Shown: positions 1-8,700 of the stretch, piece after piece
How the letters are laid out: each line of letters opens with the position of its first letter
Position numbering within the stretch: the first letter of the stretch is position 1
From: Bacteroidia bacterium
GTDB taxonomy: Bacteria > Bacteroidota > Bacteroidia > NS11-12g > UBA9320
DNA length: 64,000 bases
NCBI GenBank assembly: GCA_016779945.1
Contig: JADHMR010000002.1
Coordinates: 2,083 to 66,082, forward strand
Direction of reading: 5' to 3'
Translations under genes and position numbers: made by a program
Notes under the pieces: generated by a model
The model's input: the letters and a program-made list of their open reading frames with translations, nothing else
Told to the model about the DNA's origin: nothing
Database searches by the model: none

Positions 1-451
1 GATTTTCGATAAGTGGTGGGCGTGAATCAAATGCATATTTAGGCTTACAGATTTTGCCGTCAATTTTAATTTCATGAGCTGATTCAGCTAATTCGAGTTT
101 CTCCGAAATTATTTGAGCACCATGAATATTAACTATTTTTAAGGCTTTCTCGTACAATGTCAAGCTAGAAACATGATAATATTTGAGCGGATGAAGATCT
201 TGCTTTTTACCATTAAGAATTACACTTGCCCATTCTTTATCTATAAAATCTTTTGGTATTATATTTTTTACCTCATCAGAAGTCGCCCAAAAACAATATG
301 TTTTGTCTTTCTTGTTTTTTTGTTTTGGCTCAAGAATTATGATTTTTTTTTCATCCAATAACCCCTTTTTTTCAAGTTCAAGAATTAGCAAACAATTTGA
401 GGCTCCTAAACCTACAAATAAGTAATCAATGGTATGTTTTTCTTTTTTCAA
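1..451 (-). CDS. crtY: lycopene cyclase family protein (CrtY-like), 5' part only; gene runs off the left edge
   Basis: Not in the ORF track because it has no stop in the window. Minus-strand frame from TTG at 451 reads KKEKHTIDYLFVGLGASNCLLILELEKKGLL...KDKTYCFWATSDE...KPKYAFDSRPPLIEN. It has an N-terminal dinucleotide-binding GxGxxN loop and a T(W/Y)CFW motif, as remembered from flavobacterial lycopene beta-cyclases. Confidence 0.6.
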   Translation of the reverse strand, partial: MKKEKHTIDYLFVGLGASNCLLILELEKKGLLDEKKIIILEPKQKNKKDKTYCFWATSDEVKNIIPKDFIDKEWASVILNGKKQDLHPLKYYHVSSLTLYEKALKIVNIHGAQIISEKLELAESAHEIKIDGKICKPKYAFDSRPPLIEN

Positions 452-807
452 TTTTGGTAGTTATTTTATGATTTGAGTATCATATTTCATCTAATTTTAA
501 AAAAAAATAATTTATTTTTTGGTAAATATATCTACTTTTTTTTAAATCAAATTTTAGATTTTTTAATTTGTGTTTCATGATTTTAAAAAAAGACTAAACA
601 ATAATATTAAATACCTGATTGTAAGGTTTTTATGTTTGAATTTAATTCAAATTATTTGTCTGAAAATTCAACTTAATTTTCAGGTTTTTTGTTCTTAAAA
701 TGTGCTGTATCAACCATTTAAGTGTTAACAACTATTATATTGCAATGAACAAATTATTTATTAAATATGTTACCTTGTCAACGTTTAACAATAAATTATA
801 TAAAATT

Positions 808-1536
808 ATGTTTTTAGAATTTTTAAAAATTCCCGTAGGTGATCCTGTCGCGATTACTTTTTTCATGGGTTACATTGCGATGTTTGCGGCATCTATTTTC
901 TTCTTTATTGAAAGAGGAAGTGTGGACGGAAAATGGAAACTTTCATTACTCGTTTCAGGTTTAATTACTTTCATTGCAGCAGTTCACTACTACTACATGA
1001 AAGATTTTTACGTGGTAACAGGTGAAAATCCAACAGCTCTTCGTTACATTGATTGGACTTTAACTGTACCTTTAATGTGTGTTGAGTTTTATTTACTTAC
1101 TAAGGCAGCTGGTGCTAAGTCTAGTCTTTTATGGAAGTTAATTGGTGCTTCTGTATTGATGCTAGTAGCTGGTTTCATTGGTGAAGCTTTCAGTGATGGT
1201 AGCACTGCTCACTCTGTTAAGTGGGGTGTTATTTCTACTTTAGGTTATGTTTACATTCTTTACACTGCATGGTATGGTGAAGTTGCTAATTTAGCTGCTT
1301 CTAGCGGTAATGACGCTGTTAAATCAGGTGTTAGAGCTTTAGCATGGTTTGTATTAGTTGGATGGGCTATCTATCCAATTGGTTACATGTGTATGCCAGG
1401 TGGTTGGTTGAATACATCTTTAGGATGGGATTCATCAAACGTAGATTTATTCTACAACATTGCAGATGCTATCAACAAAATCGGTTTCGGTTTGGTAGTG
1501 TACTCTATTGCTACTTCTTCTTCTAAAGAAGCGTAG
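808..1536 (+). CDS. proteorhodopsin-type light-driven proton pump (DTE motif, Met at the spectral-tuning site, no signal peptide)
   Basis: ORF 700..1536; preferred start is ATG 808 (MFLEFLKIPVGDP...). Seven-TM profile. RYIDWTLTVPLMCVEFY aligns by hand to green PR RYIDWLLTVPLLICEFY, giving D97/T101/E108 equivalents and Met at position 105. His75 equivalent in AAVHYYYM; Schiff-base Lys in NIADAINKIGFG. Confidence 0.92.
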   Translation: MFLEFLKIPVGDPVAITFFMGYIAMFAASIFFFIERGSVDGKWKLSLLVSGLITFIAAVHYYYMKDFYVVTGENPTALRYIDWTLTVPLMCVEFYLLTKAAGAKSSLLWKLIGASVLMLVAGFIGEAFSDGSTAHSVKWGVISTLGYVYILYTAWYGEVANLAASSGNDAVKSGVRALAWFVLVGWAIYPIGYMCMPGGWLNTSLGWDSSNVDLFYNIADAINKIGFGLVVYSIATSSSKEA

Positions 1537-1558
1537 TTAATTCTAACTTAATATATTC

Positions 1559-1593
1559 AGAGGGTGCAGTTTACTGCACCCTCTTTTTTTTTG
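1559..1593 (+). terminator. rho-independent terminator after the rhodopsin gene
   Basis: GAGGGTGCAG-TTTA-CTGCACCCTC perfect 10-bp GC-rich stem followed by a run of nine T. Confidence 0.8.
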
Positions 1594-1676
1594 TAAAAAA
1601 ATGTGATGTCATTCGATTGTGTTCTTTATATTGTTAAAACGTAACTTGATAATTAAAATATCTGAGAAGGCACTTT

Positions 1677-2120
1677 ATGCAACCTAAGTTTTTAACGAAC
1701 GCACTAGATTTCTATAATCCAAGTTTTACTACAGAGGTAGTATGTACTTTTTATGATGTAGGTATAGAAGCTGGATTTCCATCACCTGCAGATGACTTTA
1801 CAGAGCTTAGTATTGATATTAATAAAGAGTATATCAAAAATAGAGATACAACATTCTTTGCTAGGGTAAATGGGCACTCTATGAAAGATGTAGGCATATT
1901 TGATGGAGATCTTTTAATTATTGATAAAAGTATAGAACCTTCAAATGATAAAATTGCTATTTGCCAGATAGACGGCGACTTTACGGTAAAAAGAATCAAA
2001 ATAGAGTACGATACTATTTGGTTAATTGCAGAAAATGAGGCTTATGAGCCCATTAAAGTTACTGCCGATAATGAATTAATGATATGGGGAATTGTTGTAG
2101 CTTCTATTAAAAAGTTCTAA
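1677..2120 (+). CDS. umuD: translesion polymerase V accessory subunit UmuD (S24 LexA-like self-cleaving peptidase)
   Basis: EAGFPSPADDF cleavage-site region, VNGHSM serine nucleophile and DGDFTVKRI lysine. Collinear with E. coli UmuD as remembered. Stop overlaps the umuC start (TAATG). Confidence 0.85.
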   Translation: MQPKFLTNALDFYNPSFTTEVVCTFYDVGIEAGFPSPADDFTELSIDINKEYIKNRDTTFFARVNGHSMKDVGIFDGDLLIIDKSIEPSNDKIAICQIDGDFTVKRIKIEYDTIWLIAENEAYEPIKVTADNELMIWGIVVASIKKF

Positions 2121-3385
2121 TGTTTGGGCTAGTAGATTGCAATAATTTTTATGCCTCTTGTCAGCGGGTTTTTGAGCCACATATAAGAGATAAACCTGTG
2201 GTAATACTCTCAAACAATGATGGTTGTGTAATCGCTAGAAGTAACGAAGCTAAAGCCTTAGGAATTAAAATGGGAGCCCCTGCATTTGAGTGCGAAGAAT
2301 TATTTCGTAAAAATCAGGTACATATTTACTCATCCAATTTTGCCCTTTATGGAGACATGAGTTCTAGAGTGATGAACACACTTGCTATGTTCACTCCATT
2401 AATGGAAATTTATAGCATTGATGAAGCCTTTCTAAAATTTGAGGGTTTTGATTTTTATAACTTAAAAGAATACGGGGAGAAGATACAAAAGGTTGTGACA
2501 AAGGGTACAGGTATCCCTATTAGTGTAGGTATAGCACCTACCAAGACATTGGCAAAAGTGGCTAATAAGATTGCTAAGAAATACCCAATTCAGACGAGGA
2601 GTTCCTATGTAATAGATACAGAACAAAAACGCATAAAAGCCCTAAAATGGACTGATGTAGGAGATATTTGGGGAATAGGAGCAAGGTATGCTTTAAAACT
2701 TAGAAATATAGGTGTAAATAATGCGTACCAATTTTCACAATTGTCTGATGATTGGGTAAAAAAAGAGCTAAGTATTGTAGGATTAAGAATCAAACATGAA
2801 CTTATGGGTAATTCTATGTTAGATTTAGAGAAAATTCAACATAAAAAGGCAATTGCCACTACACGATCTTTTGAAAAAATATATACTAAATATGAAGATT
2901 TATCAGAAAGAGTGTCGGCTTTTACTGCCTACAGCTCCGAAAAATTAAGAAAACAAAATAGTCACAGCAATCTTGTGATGGTATTCATAAGAACAAATTA
3001 TTTTAGAAAAGATCAACCCCAATATTCTCGTAGTATTGTTATCAAAACAGATTATGCTACAAGTTCATATATAGAATTGAATCGGTGTGCTCAAATAGGT
3101 CTTAAGAAAATTTATAAGCCTGGTTATCACTACAAGAAAGCAGGAGTTATTCTCATGGGAATAAGTCCGGATAGTAGTACTCAATTATCGCTTTTTGAAT
3201 CGCCAAACCCGAAGCATCGGATTTTGATGCGTGCAATGGATCAATTAAACCAGTCTATTGGTTCAACTAAAGTAATGTTTGCTGGACAATCTTTAGATAG
3301 AAAATGGAAGATGAAACAAGAGAAGTTATCGCCCTATTTCACGACCAAGATAAAGGATATTATAAAAATAAAATTGAGAGAGTAA
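2120..3385 (+). CDS. umuC: Y-family translesion DNA polymerase UmuC
   Basis: MFGLVDCNNFYASCQRVFEP...VVILSNNDGCVIARSNEAKALGIKMG...SIDEAF, the classic UmuC/ImpB N-terminus. 421 aa. Confidence 0.9.
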   Translation: MFGLVDCNNFYASCQRVFEPHIRDKPVVILSNNDGCVIARSNEAKALGIKMGAPAFECEELFRKNQVHIYSSNFALYGDMSSRVMNTLAMFTPLMEIYSIDEAFLKFEGFDFYNLKEYGEKIQKVVTKGTGIPISVGIAPTKTLAKVANKIAKKYPIQTRSSYVIDTEQKRIKALKWTDVGDIWGIGARYALKLRNIGVNNAYQFSQLSDDWVKKELSIVGLRIKHELMGNSMLDLEKIQHKKAIATTRSFEKIYTKYEDLSERVSAFTAYSSEKLRKQNSHSNLVMVFIRTNYFRKDQPQYSRSIVIKTDYATSSYIELNRCAQIGLKKIYKPGYHYKKAGVILMGISPDSSTQLSLFESPNPKHRILMRAMDQLNQSIGSTKVMFAGQSLDRKWKMKQEKLSPYFTTKIKDIIKIKLRE

Positions 3386-3451
3386 GTGAATATGAAATCA
3401 AGTACGTAGGTGTTGAGAGAGCCTTCTTTTTTCTTGATTAAATTTGTACCA

Positions 3452-4480
3452 ATGATAATAAGAAGCAAAGCCCCACTTCGATTGGGTTTAGCCGGTGGAG
3501 GTACAGATGTTAGTCCGTATGCAGATTTGCATGGTGGTTCTATATTAAATGCCACAATTAACATGTTTGCACACACCACTATTATACCAAAAGATAATGG
3601 TAAAATTCATTTTGAAGCTCAGGATATAAACATACATGAGACTCATGAAACAATCGAATATATTGAGCCGACAGGAAAACTAGCTTTATTGAAAGGTGTG
3701 TATAATCGAATAGTAAAAGATTTTGTTAAAAGGCCATTGTCATTTGAGATGTATACAAGTGTAGATGCCCCTCCAGGATCAGGATTGGGAAGTAGTAGTA
3801 CCCTGGTTGTGAGCATTATAGGTGCATTTGCAGAATGGTGTAATATTCCTTTGGGTGAATATGATATTGCTCATCTGGCTTATGAGATAGAACGAGAAGA
3901 TTTAGGGTTAAACGGAGGTAGACAAGATCAATATGCCGCAACTTTCGGCGGTTTTAATTTCATGGAGTTCTATGAAAATGATAAAGTGATTGTAAACCCA
4001 CTACGTGTCAAACAAAAATATGCAGCAGAATTGGAAAATAATTTAGTGCTCTTTTATATGGGTACTAACAGAGAATCTGCAGGAATTATCGATCAACAAA
4101 CAGCAAACATTAAAAAAAATAATGAAAATGCGATAGAAGCTACTCATCGATTAAAGATGCAAAGTATAAAGATGAAAGAAGTTGTATTGACGGGTAAAAT
4201 GGATGAAATTGGAAAAGTGATGCATGACGGTTGGGAATCAAAAAAGAGGATGGCAGCAGGAATAAGTAACCCAGAAATAGATGCAATCTATGAAACAGCT
4301 ATTAAAAATGGTGCTACTGGAGGTAAAATAAGTGGTGCAGGAGGAGGAGGATTCTTTTTCTTCTATTGTCCAGCTGTTTCAAGAATGAGATTGATTAGAA
4401 GTTTAGAAAAATTTGGGGTAACTCCTCAAAATTATAGCTTTACAAAAACAGGATTGTATACCTACACATTGCCATCATGA
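3452..4480 (+). CDS. hddA: GHMP-family sugar kinase, D-glycero-alpha-D-manno-heptose 7-phosphate kinase-like (HddA)
   Basis: ORF 3410..4480; likely start ATG 3452 (MIIRSKAPLRLGLAGGGTDVSPY). GHMP motif PPGSGLGSSSTLVV. Context with a nucleotidyltransferase and a GmhB-type phosphatase. Confidence 0.7.
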   Translation: MIIRSKAPLRLGLAGGGTDVSPYADLHGGSILNATINMFAHTTIIPKDNGKIHFEAQDINIHETHETIEYIEPTGKLALLKGVYNRIVKDFVKRPLSFEMYTSVDAPPGSGLGSSSTLVVSIIGAFAEWCNIPLGEYDIAHLAYEIEREDLGLNGGRQDQYAATFGGFNFMEFYENDKVIVNPLRVKQKYAAELENNLVLFYMGTNRESAGIIDQQTANIKKNNENAIEATHRLKMQSIKMKEVVLTGKMDEIGKVMHDGWESKKRMAAGISNPEIDAIYETAIKNGATGGKISGAGGGGFFFFYCPAVSRMRLIRSLEKFGVTPQNYSFTKTGLYTYTLPS

Positions 4481-5169
4481 AATTTGATGTGATAATATTA
4501 GCTGGAGGACTTGGTACTCGATTAGCATCAGTAGTTAAAGATGTACCAAAACCAATGGCACCAGTTGCAGATAAACCTTTTTTAGATCATATCTTAAATG
4601 CTTTACCACTAGGTCATGTCAATAAAATTATACTTGCGGTAGGTTACATGTCTGATAAAGTAATTAACTATTATGGTGATAATTTTGAGGAGATACCTAT
4701 TGTATATTCAGTTGAGGATGAACCATTGGGAACAGGCGGCGGTATTGGATTAGCATTAAATCATGTTACTCAGGATACTGCACTCATTTTGAATGGAGAT
4801 ACCTTTTTTGATGTGAATTATGAAGACTTTTGGCAAATTCATAAAGATTCGAATGTTCCTATTACATTAGCATTGAAGCAGATGCAATCACCAGATCGAT
4901 ATGGTACTGTTTTAATGCAAAAAAATACAATTGTAAAATTTAATGAGAAGGTGAAAGATCTTTCTTCAGGTCTTATAAACGGGGGATGTTATTGGGTGAA
5001 TAGAAATATTTTAGAGGTGCTTCCCAAAGCAGAAAAGTACTCATTTGAAAAAGACTTTTTAGAAGTTAGCGTCCAGAAAAACTACCTTGCAGGTTATATT
5101 TCGGATGGTCTTTTTATTGATATAGGTATTCCAGAAGATTATGAGCGAGCACAGCAAATTTTTGCCTAA
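4477..5169 (+). CDS. hddC: sugar-1-phosphate nucleotidyltransferase, D-glycero-alpha-D-manno-heptose 1-phosphate guanylyltransferase-like (HddC)
   Basis: N-terminal ILAGGLGTRL NTP-transferase signature. ATGA overlap with the hddA stop. Confidence 0.65.
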   Translation: MKFDVIILAGGLGTRLASVVKDVPKPMAPVADKPFLDHILNALPLGHVNKIILAVGYMSDKVINYYGDNFEEIPIVYSVEDEPLGTGGGIGLALNHVTQDTALILNGDTFFDVNYEDFWQIHKDSNVPITLALKQMQSPDRYGTVLMQKNTIVKFNEKVKDLSSGLINGGCYWVNRNILEVLPKAEKYSFEKDFLEVSVQKNYLAGYISDGLFIDIGIPEDYERAQQIFA

Positions 5170-5707
5170 AACAACTGACTGTAAAAAATACACGCTCTTC
5201 ATTGATCGTGATGGTGTTATCAATCAACCAATTATAGACGATTATGCTAAGAATCCTAGCGAGTTTATATTGTGTGAAGGTGCTATTGAAGCTTTGAATG
5301 CCCTCAAATTGATGTTTAAACGCATTGTCTTAGTTACAAATCAACAAGGTATTGGCAAACAAGTGATGTCCTCACAAGATTTGGAGAATGTTCACTTAAA
5401 GATGTATGATGCAATGAAGACAGAAATTAATTCTTATTTTGATTTAGTTTTATACGCACCTTATCTAAAAACAGATAGTCATTCGTGGAGAAAACCCAAT
5501 ACAGGTATGCTATTGAAGGCAAAAGAATATTATCCAGACATTGATTTTTCAAAATCAATAATGGTTGGAGATTCACCGGGTGATATGGCATTAGCTGATC
5601 AATTAAACATCCTAAAAGTTAGAATTTCAAATGATCAATTTGAGTTTGATAATCAGGATTTTATCTATACTGATTTGGCTAGTTTCGTAACTGCATTGTC
5701 AAATTAA
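5141..5707 (+). CDS. gmhB: HAD-IIIA phosphatase, D,D-heptose 1,7-bisphosphate phosphatase-like (GmhB)
   Basis: LFIDRDGVIN (motif I), LVTNQQGI (II), WRKPNTGM (III) and VGDSPGDM (IV). Start is either ATG 5141 (29-nt overlap with hddC) or TTG 5162. Confidence 0.7.
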   Translation: MSEHSKFLPKTTDCKKYTLFIDRDGVINQPIIDDYAKNPSEFILCEGAIEALNALKLMFKRIVLVTNQQGIGKQVMSSQDLENVHLKMYDAMKTEINSYFDLVLYAPYLKTDSHSWRKPNTGMLLKAKEYYPDIDFSKSIMVGDSPGDMALADQLNILKVRISNDQFEFDNQDFIYTDLASFVTALSN

Positions 5708-5778
5708 TCCACTTTTAGGCAACTAATAATATCCTTAAACGTTTTCTATATATTAGATTCCTATTTTTGTAAGGCACC

Positions 5779-8700
5779 GTGCGGTATAAATTTTTATTCA
5801 AAATAGTTGCTTTCTCCTTGTTACTTTTTAGTGGCTTGACAAGTAGTGCAACCCACCTTTTGGGTGGATACATGAATTATGAATTTCTGAATATCGATCC
5901 GACTAGCGGAAATTATCGTTACAAAATTACATTTCATGTATATCGAGACTGTTCTGGTAAAGTTGAGTTAGATGATCAAATTACGCTAGGAGTATACTTA
6001 AATGACAATAATAAAAGTTTAAATCAGCAACCCACGTTTAAATTAGTTGCCAAACAAAGAGTTCAACCCCCAGGGTCAATTGAATGTGATTTCTATCGAA
6101 AAAATGTATGTATAGAATATGGATTATATGAAGGGATTATATCCTTAAAACCGTATTCTGAAGGCTATCATATCACGTACACCAGGTGTTGCAGGAATGT
6201 TCAAAATAATATTGTTCAAGATGGTGCAATGCCTTCTCAAGGGCAAACCTACTATTGTTACATTCCTTCCACTGCTCTTCAAAACAGTTCGCCAGCATTT
6301 TATGGAGTCCCAAGTCCATATATGTGTGTTAATGACACCAACTCCTTTTTATTTGATGCTGTTGATCGTGATGGAGATAGTTTGGTATATCGTTTTATGA
6401 GACCATACCAAGGTGGAAGCCCTGCCAGTTCTAATCCATCTCCTGCAGCCTCACTAGACACACCATTAATGAGGTATAAAGCTGGATACACTTCGTTATC
6501 TCCATTTGGAGCAAATGGATACACATACATCGATAAACTTACAGGGTATACTGAACTTTTTAGTAATCAAGTTGGAAACTTCGTTGTGGGTGTAGAGGTT
6601 TTAGAATATCGAGATGGAAATTTATTAGGAAAAATCAGAATGGATCTTCAGATAATTGTTTTGAATTGTATTTCAAATAATATTCCTGATATATCATCGA
6701 GTAAAGGTCAACGATTCGAAATTGAAGCAGGAGAGGAGCTTTGCTTTGGCGTAGTTGCCAAAGATATAGATGATGATCAAGTCAAATTATCTGCTCGAAG
6801 CGAAGTTTTTACTAATATTCCAGGTACAAAAGCAACATTTAAGGAATCAGTTACCGACCCAACTGATCTAACATATGAGTTTTGTTGGACTCCCGATTGT
6901 GATGCAGATCGAGATCAACCTTACAATGTATATTTTACAGTAGAGGATGATGGCTGTCCTCCAAAATTTAACTATTTGGATGTTAGCATTAAGGTTCTAC
7001 CTTTTGAAGGAGCCAAATTAATGACGGGACCTACAAATGTTTGCGAATTTAGTTCTCATGTGTATGAAGTTACTGACGGTGGAGAAGAGTCAACCTTCGA
7101 ATGGGAAATTTTTAATGGTAAGTTTATTGGTGATAGTACATCTGAAACTGTAACTGCCCTATGGTGGGAAAAATCTACAGGTGGAATGTCTCCATTTATC
7201 CGAGTTAGAGAAATTAGTAAAAATGGATGTATAGGAGACTGGATAAAATTAGACATAAACATAGAAGAAAGTCCAATCATATCAGAAATAATAGGTAAAG
7301 ATACAGTATGTAAGGAAGACATCAACTTGACTTATTCAGTAAGTGATAATCCCGGGAATACCTATTATTGGGAGACTGATAACGCAACTATTGGATCACA
7401 AAACAGAAATTCGATAGTATTATCTGGGTTTAACCCACCATCATTCAATATCCGTGTTGCTGAGATTAATGCTGTGGGTTGCACAAGTGATACTTTTGAG
7501 TTGGAGGTATATATTATCGAGTCAAGTCCTGACATTGAAGGACCATTAATTGTATGTCCAAATTCTTCAGGAATTCAATACAAGGCTATTGGAACAAGCA
7601 GCTCAACTTATAATTGGAGCATAGACGGTGGTACTCAAACCTCTGGTGGAACTACAAATACAATCACGATTGATTGGGGTGATGAAGGAATGGGTGAAAT
7701 TTCAGTTTCAGAAGTTAATAAATTTGGTTGTTTAAGTATCCCAACTGTAATTGATGTATCTAAGTCATATATTCTTGGGTCTAGTGTTATTGATGGGCCA
7801 AATGAAGTTTGTGAATTTGATAAACTAGTTGGGTATGAAGTAGACTCTGTTTTTGGTAGTGTGTATGACTGGACAATAACAGGTGGCTCGCAAGAAAATG
7901 GAGACAGCTCATATCAAATAGAAGTGGATTGGGCGTCATCAGGTATGGGCAATGTTCGAGTTATTCAGCGAGCATATGATTCTGTTAATGATCGTTGGTG
8001 CGTTAGTCCACCTAATAATTTACCAATTACGATTCGTCCACTACCTACAGCAAATCAAATACTAGGTACAGAAGAATTATGTCAATATGGTGATACAGCA
8101 GTTTATATGATATCAGGCTTGCCAAAATCATCGTATTTATGGGAAATTAATGGCAGTTCAGATAATATAGTTGGTCAAGGAACAAATACTATAAAAATCC
8201 TCTGGGATACTCCTGGAAATAAGACCCTTTCGGTTATTGAAACAACTGAACTGGGTTGTTCTGGTTCTGAGGTTAAGTTACCCATAACTGTAAATCCTAA
8301 ACCAACTACATCAATAATTACAGGTCCAAAAACTATTTGCCCAGAAAGTTCACTGAACCATGAATATTCAGTCACAGGAGATGTAAATTCTACATACAAT
8401 TGGGATATTCAAGGTGCTCTGAATACAACAGGAAATTTAACTTCTACTGTTTCAATAGATTGGGATTTATCAGAATCCTCCGGAACACTATGTGTGGTTG
8501 AACTATCAGATAAAGGATGTTTAGGAGATACACAGCGATTAAATGTGATTTTCGATAAATTAAATATCGATTTACGATTTGTGAGTGTAGGTTTCCCAGA
8601 TGATCAAATGATAATAGACTGGCAGTTATTAGATAATTCTTCTACTTCTTCATTTGATATTAAGAAAAGGGTTCCAGGTACAGTTGCATGGCAAAATATT

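Noticed and set aside
173-361. 62-aa plus-strand ORF at the left edge
   Set aside because: It lies antisense inside the much better supported crtY-like frame, has a low-complexity Phe/Ile-rich product and contains no motif.
700-807. 36-codon N-terminal extension of the rhodopsin ORF (MCCINHLSVNNYYIAMNKLF...)
   Set aside because: It is polar and Asn/Tyr-rich, not a signal peptide or TM helix. Homology to proteorhodopsin begins only after Met at 808, which is preceded by an A/T-rich unstructured leader.
1594-1676. LexA/SOS box upstream of umuD
   Set aside because: There is no match to the gamma-proteobacterial or Gram-positive consensus. The short repeats seen (TGTGAT/TGTGTT, GTTA-N5-TAAC) are too weak to call without comparative data.
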